Shown piece by piece: positions 25,542-37,500 of a DNA stretch of 64,000 nucleotides (positions within the stretch are counted from its first letter, which is position 1; every line of letters starts with the position of its first letter). This DNA is from Octopus sinensis (taxonomy: Eukaryota), in the NCBI RefSeq assembly GCF_006345805.1, contig NC_043011.1, forward strand, positions 26,610,464 to 26,674,463. The letters run 5' to 3'. The position numbers and the translations under genes were made by a program. The notes beneath the pieces are model-generated. The model saw only the letters and a list, made by a program, of their open reading frames with translations. It did no database searches and had not been told where the DNA came from.

Positions 25542-28500
25542 GTAAGTAAAATTTAGTCTTTTCTCCCCAGCACCTGTTTTAGAAATGATTGCTTATAAAA
25601 TTGACCTGGAAATCAATAATTTTGAATTGCAATTTAAGTGGATCTTAAAAAACAAATGACCCTCTCATTCTCTTTACATACATTTACAGTACTCTACTTA
25701 CAAGAATGCTAAACAGACAATTTCTATAAAATACTCACTTTACTTTTTCTGCATACATTCATTTAGTCTTTAAAAAAATTTTCCATTTTTTTTCACTGTT
25801 ATACTAACATTGATTTACAAACTATACTAGTTATACATACAAGACCTACATCACATCAGCATCATATACATTTTAGCTAGCTGATACTTAAATTTCATCT
25901 GTTCTTCATGATTTATCAATATTTAAAATTTATATTTTTTTAAACTCTTTAACAAACACCTATGTTGATGAATGTCCTCTTCAACATTTTCTAAGAAAAA
26001 CAGGCCTTGTGAGTAGCTTTGGTTGACAGAAACTGAAAACAGCTCATTGTATATGTGTGTTTGTGTGTACCCTTGTCTAGACGTCATGTGAGGGTTGTAA
26101 AATGAGCATCACCATCATAGAAGCAATGTTATTCATTTCCAATCTTCTGTGAAAAACCTAAACATGTTTAGTCATGGGGAAATATTACCTTCTTGGAAAT
26201 GGACAAGGGTTGGCAACAGGAAGGGCAACAACAAAAAAATTTTAAAATCTACCTCAGTTTCTTTCCAAGCATGGAAAAGTTGATGTTAATTGATGCTGAT
26301 GATGGCTATCCTTCATGGACTTAGAATGATCGAAATGTTACTTTGGTAAGAATCAATGCTGTCTTTATCAACAGTGAGGAAGGTTCTAGGTCTACGAAGG
26401 CAATCTCTTGGATCAAAGTGCGATGATAAACATACATTGATTATTTACTTGTGGTTGGTGAGTAAAAGAGCGAAACTGCTTCCAAAATCAGTACTTGCTT
26501 ATCACATTTTAAACACCATTTACTTCATGAATGCAGCGAGCATATATTGTGTTTATGCTATGTTTGCTGTAAACATGTAATCTTGTAATTCTTTTGAGTA
26601 GTTGGTTGAAATCAGCTGTTGTTTATGTAAGGCAAAACAGTTGAGTAGCAATGTTAGAATGCATGTAACTGAATGGTGTAATGTGCAGAATGTGAATTTA
26701 GGAAATGTACATCAACCAAGGTTGAATCTCAAAGGAAAGTAATCATCATCATCATCATAATTTAATGTCCACATTTCCATTCTTGCATGGGCCATACAGA
26801 ATTTGTTGAGATAGACTTTTATGGCCAGATACCCTTCCTGTCACTGACTCTTAACCTGTTTCCCAAGCTAGGCAATATTCCCCTATGGCCAAACCTGTTT
26901 TCCGTGGACAACTGGAAATGAACAACATTCTTGTATGCTCGTTTACAACCATGGTGTCATTACAAGAGTACACACACACACACACATGGCGTTTTTACCT
27001 ACCAAATTAGCATTATCAAGGCTGTGGATGGCCTAGGGCTATAGTAGACATTTGCTCACAGTACCATGCAGTTGGACTGAGTCCATGACTTAGCTGTGCC
27101 TGCACCTATGTTGATACAATTGTTTTGATGATCTTTAATTGTGGATATAAGTATTCTATTGTGGTTTGGTAGAATTATGATGTTCAACCCTTTAGTATTC
27201 GGATTTCTTTGTCAAATGTGATACTTATTTGTTCACATTGTTTTGAATTAATCGTGCATTATCTAATATCTTCAAGGTTTCAATGATGTGACTGTTTATT
27301 TTAAGGATGACATTGTAGAGTAGGTGTGAGAGGCCAGATCTGGCTGGTTCGAACATAAAACAGGTAGAATATTTGAGCCTGATATAGCCGGTTTAAGTGC
27401 TAAACAGTTAAACCATTGATATGCAGCAGTACAGTTTCCATTATATACACCCACATACTCCATAATTGAGATTAAGATATACGTAAAAGGGTGTCTTCTA
27501 CGATAGTCCTGAGGGAGTAAACAAATCCTTGGCTTCAAAAACAGTTATGGGCTGGCAACAGCAAGAGCTTCCAACTGTAAAGTCTTGTCTCAAATAAGCT
27601 TCCATCTAACCCAGAGGTCTTCAGTAGAGGTCCATTTGACCCTTGGGTTCCATATAAGAATTTCTTGCTAAAATTTATGTGCAATAAATTATACTTCTAC
27701 AATACACAAGATATATAAAAAAAATTTTTTTACAATTCCTAATAGTATTCAATTATAAAATATATAATTTTTTTAAACACCAAATGGCTATGGAAGGCCA
27801 TTCAAGTAAAATAGGAATCAAAGAGGTCCAAAGATAAAAAATGGTTGGGAACCACTGATCTAACCCATGATATCATGGATAAAATGGATGGTAAATGAAC
27901 AACTAAAGCAGGCAATGGGCCTCTTTGATGTTGAGTTATATTAATATTTAAATTCACTGCCTGTTTTATTAAAAGCATATTGTTTATATTGACTTGTATA
28001 TTGTTCTCTTAGTAGGGGATTTTAATGTTTATTGGGGCAGTGAAATATCAAGTTGTTCTGTGCAAGAAGGGTCAGTAATTATGGCACTAATAATGAAGAT
28101 GTGACGTTGTTGGAATTTTGTTAGTATTTGTGAATTACATTTCTAATGCAGTTGGCTTTTTGTAGTATTTGTTGCTTAGATACTCTATCTGTCAGTTTTG
28201 TTTTGTATACATATTAAATGGTTTACATTTACGTGCTATATTAGTTTATTAATGAAGAATATATTGCATTATATTGTTTATATATATATATATATATACT
28301 ATGATAATATTTATACTGGTTATTAGAAAAGTTTTTGTAACATCTAGAAGTGTTATTAGGTACTTTTTAAAGCTTTGTTGCTTCAAATATTTATTTAATA
28401 GTAGACTGTTAGTTTTAACTTAGTTGTTTCAGTATTGGACTGAGTCTGTGTTGGGGTACTGCTTTAACCCTTTCGTTACCAAACCGCCCGAAAAAAATTT

Positions 28501-31500
28501 TGGTTAATGTGACCAAACCGCCCGAATTTACCTATTCATATTTAAATGAGAATATCAGAGTAAATCTCTTTAGTACATTCGTGAAAACACGTATTATACT
28601 TCGTAAACAGTTCAACTACAGTTGTGTACAAAAATCGAAGTGTAATTTTAATTCCGTGAATTATGGGAGATTTTTTTCCGAAATTTGTTCCTATTGTGTT
28701 TTCAAAATTTGTAATTCTGACAAAAAATGGATACGAATTTCATTATATCAAGCAGTGAGTCAGAATTCGAAGGATTTTCTACTGAAGACCTTCATAAATC
28801 TAACTCTATGACTGAAAAAAAAAAAGCATGTGGTATTTGATAATGAATCTGATGTTTCATTTTCCGAAAGTGAAAACAGTGAATCCGAGATCTCCGACAG
28901 CGATAAAGAAAATGAATTGGCACCTGAATGGAGTGAAAATTTAAAAACTGTTTCTTTCGGTGATTTTTCTGAAGAAACTGGACCAAGCCACAGACTTTCC
29001 CAGAAGAGTAAAGCCTTAGACTATTTCTTTTTACTTTTTCGAATGAGCCCATTTGAAATCATTACGGCGGAAACGAACTGTTACGCTAAACGTAAACAAA
29101 GCGAAAGAAAGGATAGTTTGTTATTTCCCACAACCTTAAATGAAATTAAGGCCTATTTTGCCATAAATATTATTATGGGTATCAGAAAGTTACCCAGAAT
29201 AACAAATTCTTTTGTAAAATTTTGTTGTATACCCAATTGAATATTAGCTAATAACCCATTTTCTATAGCGATGTTTGAACAAAATTTTAATTTTATATTT
29301 TGTTGAATTTACCTGTATCTACCTGCAATTAGAGTCACTTTGTGACAAAAATTATAGTATAGAATTGGTTGAGAACATTTCATTAAATTATCTTCCAAAA
29401 TTCATGTTAATATATTGATAAATAAAAAAGTTATAGTTGTTTAATGAAACCAGACTAAATTTATGATTACATTAGAAATTAATTGAAACACATAAGGGGT
29501 GTATTTTGGTCAGAAATATAGTAACGAAAGGGTTAAAGGGTTTTAGTTGGACAAATCAGTCTCAGCTGTTGTGTTTTTCCAAGTCTGGTACTTATGATAT
29601 TGGTTTCTTTTGCTGAACCACTAAGTTTTGGGGATGTAAACAAACCAACACTGGTTGTCAAGTGGGGCTATAGTAAAAGTGTCATGAACTCAAAACCATG
29701 TGGTTGGGAAACAAGTTTCCTACCATGCAGCCATGCTTGTCCTTACTGCAATTGTTTTTCTCCATCAGAAGTTCATATTTAGACAAGTCAGCATGAAAAT
29801 AATTTTTAAAATTGTAATGAACAGTTTAGTCTTCATCTTATTTGTTAACTAACATCAAGTCACTAGAAGCAATGAATGTTCATTTAGGTTTTTTTTTTAT
29901 TTTAGACTCTTTTTACATCTCTAGCCTGCATTTAACATTTTACGAGTAAAAAAATATCGTCTTGTAAAATGTATTTGTCTAAGTGAGACAGGAAATATCT
30001 CATGTACCTAAGGGGTCAATCTGAGCTGAACTTGAGTGATAAATGAGTGAGTGTAAATGAATGCAGTTAATGTTTAGTTGGGATTATTTTTTAATTGGGA
30101 AAACATTAGCAAAGGGTGGAGAATTGAGCAGGTATGGATGTGTAGTTAAGAAACTTGCTTCCCAACCATGTGGTCTTGGAATTCAGTCCCACTGTTCTGC
30201 ACCACTTGGGCAAGTGTCTTCTGCTGTAGCTCCAGGCCAACCAAAGTCTTGTGAGTGGATTTTGTAGGCAGAGACTGAATGAAGCCCATTGTATATGTTT
30301 GTGTGTACATTTCTCGAGGAATTGTTGCATGATATGATAGTTGTAAATAAGCACCATCATATAAGTGAGTGTTCATTTCTGGTCTTACAAGAAAAACATA
30401 TCCGGCTTTGGGAAAATACTTTGCTTTGAGACAGGTGAAGGTTGGCACTGGAAAGGGCACCCAGCCATAGAAAAATTTTCCACAACAAATTCTGTGTGAC
30501 TTATGCAGACATGGAAAACATAACATGAAATGGTGGTGGTGGTTGAAGAAGAATTAGTTTGAAGTTGGATGACATTATGGGGAAAAGATAAGTGCGGTAT
30601 AAAAATTGTAGCAGGGTTGAAATAACTAGCTATTGTAGTTTGAGAGAAGAGCCTCAAACTTGGTTCTGAGCTAGAAACTAGTATTATTTTACTTATTGAT
30701 ACATGTGCTCCATTATTCTCTTTGTGGTACAAATCAGTGTTTAGTAGCTGCTGAAGAATAAAATACTAGGTGGTTATAGAAACAAATCTCAGTTCTGTGA
30801 TACAGATAATACTATACCTTACCTATATACATGAAAGCACTTGCACAATAAGCTGATGTCTTAGCAAGCAGAGGCTTTGCCATCGTTTAATGTCTACTTT
30901 TTCATGCTTTCATGGGTCAGATTGTTTGTTGTGGCAGGTTTTCTATGGTTGGATGCCTTTCTTGTCATCAATCTCAACAAGGTAATATTTTCCCCTAGCA
31001 AGACATATGTTTCCCAGAGGACTAATAATGAATAACACTGATTGTATGGCATTGATGCTCATTTACAACCGTCATCTATGTTTAGACGAGGGTAGACAAA
31101 CATAAACACATACACACACACACAGAGCAGGCTTTCTGTTTCTATCTACCAAATCCACTCAAAGCTTTTGTCAGTCCAGGGTTATAATAGATGAGGTTGA
31201 ATCTAAGACAACATAGTTGGGAAACAAGCTTCTTCATCACAAAACCATACCTGCATCTTCCAATTCTATTAATCACCAAACAAATTTAATTGAAATTTTT
31301 CAGTATGCGTATAAGTTGCTTAACCTTGGGCGAGCCCTTGGACAATATTATCTAGTTCGTCCTATTTAAAGATGGTAGCAATGTGTAGTTTATGGGAAAT
31401 TTTTCTAGCAGGTTGTGCTACCTTGTAGAGGCTCCCTCATTAGCTAATATTTATTTTAGATCAAATTTCTAGATCAATATCCTCATTGGTTATTGATTTC

Positions 31501-34500
31501 CAACAGGCAAATCATTAGCTAACTGCATTTAAAATGGCAAGAATAGCAAGGGATTCTGTTTGACTCTGGCAGAACAAATCTCACTAAGGAATTTTTTCAA
31601 AGCACCAGTTTCTTTTCCTTTTATTTTTATTTTACTGATTTACTGTTGCATAGTGAAACTGTACATCCCTCCCTGTAAAAAGTGGTAGTAGCCAGCCATT
31701 ATAAATAGACCAGTAGCCAGTCAATAGAAAGAAGGTAACGGTTGGGAAGGCCAAGAGTATGTGTAGACTGTGTTGATAGTCATGTCTGTGCTGAATACAG
31801 TAATTATACCGTGATACTGAATGGATGTTATATCAATTCAACCTTTGGAGGATAATAACACTGTATGACTGGGGGTTGTGCAGTGCCAGATTAGAACCAT
31901 CCTATCGACGACTTTGTAATATAACAATATCTGTAAGAACGACAACTGTCGTGAAAAGACCGCTTTACAACATATACGTTAACCCTTTAGCATTCACATT
32001 ATTTTGTCAAAAGCAATACTTGATTATTCACATTGTTTTGAATTAATCATGCTTTGAGATTTTGATGAGGAAACTTTAGTTTTAGAATGATATTGTAGGG
32101 TTGCTGTGAGAAGCCAGATCTCACCAGTTTGAGCATAAAACAGGTTGAATATTTTCACCGGATATGAGCAGATTAAATGCTAAAGGATTAATGAAAGATA
32201 TACATAAATGACAGGTTTCTGCACAGTTCCCATTTATCAAATTCCACTCACAAGTTTTTAGTAAACCTGAACCACAGGTTGCAAAGAGAATTTCTTAACT
32301 GCTGAGGCATAAAAGTATCTTGAATTTTATTTAAAATTTCTCTTTGTCCTTTGTAGCAGTGTACCGTTAATGTTGAACTAGAATTAGTGTTTTAGGCATG
32401 AAATATTGCATCTTGAAATTATTTAATATTTAAAAAAAAAATTTTTATAGATGCCAAAAGAGTGATTCTGCATGATTTCTGTACATTAGTTGGGGATGTG
32501 AATCTAGTCTGAATAATCAGTGTTAACATAATACTGGATCATTAGTTTTTGACCTTGGATTATTTATGTAATTTTGTTTCTTTGTAGGGCCTTTTTAGCA
32601 CCAAAAGACATATTTCCTTACAACAAGTATAAAAACAAATACGGAAACCCACAAAAAAGGAGGGGTTTTAATGAAGGTTTATGGGAAATAGTTCATGACC
32701 CAAATGTAAAATTTCATCGATCAAGTTCAGTAAGTATATGTTTTTCTTTTCTTTCCTGATAATTCTGAAAATATCTCTACAGATTGTGTTGATGTTAGAA
32801 AGCTTGTTTCCATGTTATGAAGAAGTAAATTTAGTAATGAATTAATAGTATTGTGGGCTAAAGAAATTAACCATAACTTAGTCAATGACATCATATTTGT
32901 CATAAGACATCCTCAGGACCTATTTATGACTATCAAGCATCAACGTCCTCTGGAATTTTTAAAATTGCATTTACAAACTGGTATTCCATTGGTTAAACAA
33001 TAAGGGTTCAGGATGATATGATTAATGGAACAGTCTGCTTGTGAAATTAATGTGCAAGTGGCTGAGCACTCCACAGACACTTGTACCCTTAATGTAGTTC
33101 TCAGGGAGATTCAGCATGACACAGAGTGTGACATGGTTGGCCCTTTGAAACGCAAGTACTACTCATTTTTGCCAGCTGAGTGGACTAGAGCAATGTGAAA
33201 TAAAGTATCTTGCTCAAGGATACAATTCATCGACAGGAATTGAACTCAACTTAAAAATCGTAAGCTGAATACCCTGACCACTAAGCCACACACTTTCACT
33301 GCATTTGCAAAAGCATTATAAAAAAAAGTAATAAAGGACAAAAACAAAAATATTAAAGAAATTCATACTAGATACCTAATATCTTTGATAAAATATAGTT
33401 CTTGAGATGTGGGATGCATATACAAGGCCCAAACAAATGTCCATAGCATTCATTCAAATAACTACATTCATGTAAAGGCAGGGTTTTTATTTTTACGCCA
33501 AATAACTTTAATACCAACAGGGTTAGTTTCTAGCCTTATATGTGGTATTGATTTGTGTTGTCTCTTACTAACATCCAGGTTGTAATATTATATAGAGTTT
33601 AATGGCATTTGCAGTGGTGAGCAGTCCAGAGTAAAGTAAATCCAGATTTACTTTAGCACATATGCAATCAAATCAGTTTTCCTTTGCAGGAACATTTGTT
33701 CAGCTCCCTACACTCTCTGAAAACCTCTGGAATTGTTACCCAAAATGCCTCTTACGATATGATATTAAGTCATATCTAGTGGCAAGGCTCCAGGTTTGAA
33801 GTACAAAATTTTTGGGAAGTATGGAGTTACCCCATAGCCAGGATTACTCTTAAGTCTGCGGTGGTTTCCTCCAAGCCAAATATTGGATAGAGCATTCTTA
33901 GCAGTAACATCACATTAAGCCAAATACCAGCTATATTTATCCAATTCTACTCCTCACTGTATATGACCCCTCTCCCTAGTAATATGTAACCTATATGAAC
34001 TACTTCAGGGTGTATAACCAAATATGATGACCTTGTTTTTCCTTATATGTTTCTGTAAGAAAAATAGGCACCAGTTCTACTTAAAACTTGAGGATATACA
34101 TTTGGTTTGTATTAGGAAATGCAACTATTTAAGAAATAGAGTAAAAATATACTAAATTCTTAAGTCAGTATTGTAATACTTGTAAACTTGTTTAATAAGA
34201 AACAAATGTAAATTACTGAGATGATTAAGGACAATAATAACTCTTTGTAAGCTCAGTTCTTTTAAGTGTTAAATTCTGAAATTGGTGTCTAACATATTAT
34301 TATAATTTCTTGTTTATTAGGTATTATTTTTTTTTATGGCACATATAAAACCCATTGATGTTTCCCAGTAGCTTTTACCATTTTACATAAGTCAGAAACT
34401 TAAGAATTGCTTGAGAATCAGTTATATAAGTTGAATTAAGTCCAATTTTGTCTTATGACTTGAGGATATACATAAAGTAGCATATGTAGAAATTCTTAAC

Positions 34501-37500
34501 TAGAGAATGAGTAGGTTACATATGACTAAGAAGGAAATTAACAAAAGAGATTGCTTATCTGGTTTTGTGAAGGCTGTTAACATGGAATAAGATGATGTTG
34601 CAGTTATGTCATTCTGTGTCTTCAAACTCTTACAGGAACCTTCTAAATCCCCTAAGCAAACTGATGAGTCTGTTATCAGATCCTCTAAAACTTAAGGTTT
34701 TAGAAGGTTTATAATAAGATATAAAGCAATGTAATTGCTGACATGCCTGGAGTAAAATGACTGACAAATAGTAATGTGATAAAGGATTCAAGCCTTGTTA
34801 GTACTTGTTACTAAATTTTTCTGCAGTTAACCACTCTAAACTCAGAGGTGTATGCATATATGGTTATCTATGTCAAAAATGTAGGTGAGAATATATGTTT
34901 ACAAAATGACTGAACAATTGTGGGGCAGGGTCCCTATTTTCTATTAAGAACCAAGTATCGGCTATATTTGGAACCACAAGAATCCTTACATAAGAAAACT
35001 ACATTTTTACAGACAGCTCATCTGCAAAGTCCTCATTTTTTCATGAATTTCAACCTATCATCTCTTATGAACTATATCAAAACTACATCTTGTTTTAATC
35101 CCTTTGACATCAACTCACCTGAGACAGCCCTGGTTGTTTGATACAAATTCCATGATTTAAAGTAATCTCAGTTAAAATATTCCATCATCAAAATTTCATT
35201 TTATGTTACAAGAACCGGTAGTTTTTCTAAATTCTTCATGGTTTTCCAAATCAATAGAAACAAAGGCAATATATTTCAAGAGAAATATGGTCACAGAAAG
35301 GTTTATTCAAGACATACTTTCCACACAGTTCTCCTCCATTACCAAACTATACACAGTTAATGAATTTTATTCTAATATTTCTTCTTTTCCATAATCAGTT
35401 GACAAGCCGGAGATTTTACTGATAAAATATTTTGGTATTTAAAAAAAATGTATCTCAGAAGATGAAATTGATAAACTAAGTAATGTAAATTATTCTTTTG
35501 AAGAATTGAACATTAAAGAAGGTAAACTGTTTGGAATGATGATAGCTAATAGCAACATCAGATTAGCTGAATTTGATTTCATTCATATCATAATATCATT
35601 TAATAGGATAGAAAACATCAATATGGATGTTTCTATATTATTCTATAAGATATTTTTGAATTCTTAGACCTTTTTGTTATTTATATTTTTATAGCAAGCA
35701 AGCTCGGCTGATGATGATTCACAAGCAAACACTCCATCAGCTGTAGATGCTGATGATGGTGAGGAAGAAGACGAAGAAGTGGAAAAAACAAACAAGGTAA
35801 TTCATTAAAGAAATGATTATTGCTCTTGAGCCATTATACAAAAGCTAGAGGTGTTAAGGGGCATCCCACTTGAATTGGGACATGTTAAACTAGCACTGAC
35901 ACACACAGAAATCAAGGTTGTTTGCACCATATTAAAGGAATACAAGGAGTTAACAGGAACAGGCATAAGCATAACAAGTTGGTGACCTTACAGCTTTACA
36001 TCAGGAAAGCCAAAACCACATTAACTGTTAGCCCTGTTGAGATGTTTGGTGTCTGATTTGGACCAGTCTCACCTAGAAATTGGTTGAAAGGAAGCTCTGT
36101 CTAAAAAATGAAGCAGGGACAATGAATTCTTACATCACTTATTATTTGTCACTGTCTGACTACTATACCTTGCCTCAGTGTACATCTAACCATGCTGGAA
36201 TGTTTGTTCTGTTGCATCTTGTGGAAGGAACATGATGCACAAGTATGTACTGAGGTTGTGGTGTTTGCGTAAAATACTTGATAGCAAGGTTTGGTCAGTC
36301 TTCATGAGGTATGTTTTCGAGCAGTACGTCTCTTTAATGGAGTTGTAGATCTGGATTGGGCACACTTGGTATTGTGTGTGTTAGGTGTTGAAACTTCCCT
36401 ACCATTCAGATATGGCTAGTGGTACATCAAACGTTGTATTCTATAAGGAGTTAGTAGTGAGCAAAAGTGATAATGTTCTTGCGACTTGACATTGATAGAA
36501 ATCAACTGATCGACCTATTCCAGAGAACTTTCAGTCCAGGGACTGTGGATAAATTCCAGAAATTTTTGTAGGCATTACTGTGTCACCAGCTGGACCTTTC
36601 TTGCTATCATGCAGGCTATCAAAACTGTTCTGTGTGCACTTTTTCAGTGTTTTAACATTGCTGATTTGTGGAGTTATGTTTCCACATTTGTTATATGTAG
36701 GGCTAATCCAGGTATCACCAGAGTCTGTTGTAAGAATTACTGTGGCCTTTCTTTGACCTTGAAGGGCATGCAGTTTTCTTTTGAATTGTGATCATGACAA
36801 AAGAGATTGTATGGTAGTCTAGACAGATACTTTTCTGATTTAACCAAGCCCTCAGTTTGTTTAATATATTTTTAGTTTGTGTTATATATGTTATTCCATA
36901 AATCAATATTTACTATCTTACATCAGATAAACAATTGATGTCCAGTTGTGTTTTGCATCTGACATGCATCTCTTACCAGGAGAATGTAATATCTCTGATT
37001 ATCTGCTTTGTTTTTGTGTATGTTTATTTCAATATTCACTTATTCTTTGAAAATATTGTTGTAATAGTTACATAATTAAAAAAATTTTTTTTTTTTTTTA
37101 ACAGTCTGTGAGAGGTAAAACACCAGCTAAGAAAAGACAAAGTTCCAGTACACCAACGGTGAGTTTTTTAATAGTTATTTGTATAATGTCTTTTTTTATA
37201 TATAGATATTTTGAATTCCTATTCATTCTTATCAATGAAAATATGTGTTTCCAAGATACATTTGTAACTGACTTGAAGTTTCTTCATTTACAATCATCAT
37301 CGCCATCATTTTAAATCTATTTTCTCACAGTTGCACAGGTTGACCAGGTCTTATTCAGCTCTGTGTTTTCTCCACTTGTTATAGTTTCTTATCATCCCTT
37401 CATCTCTTTTTCAAACTGAGATCAGCTTTCACTATTTCTGCTTATATCATTCTTAATCCTTTTCTGCTGGTTCCTTCGCTTGGATCTCTTAGCCTTTCCT

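Noticed and set aside
28500-28811. Exon-trap fusion of the host PWWP exon to the piggyBac transposase (CSB-PGBD3-like), and the 103-aa ORF here
   Set aside because: The two plausible acceptors (28611, 28622) entered in phase 2 give an early stop or the 28500 frame ending at TGA 28811. Neither is in frame with the transposase.
31660-31960. Intronic C/D or H/ACA snoRNA (also near 34590-34660 and 35530-35570)
   Set aside because: No convincing C box/D box pair with terminal stem or antisense element.
36040-36900. Possible old LINE remnant on the minus strand
   Set aside because: No motif could be assigned with confidence; left unannotated.
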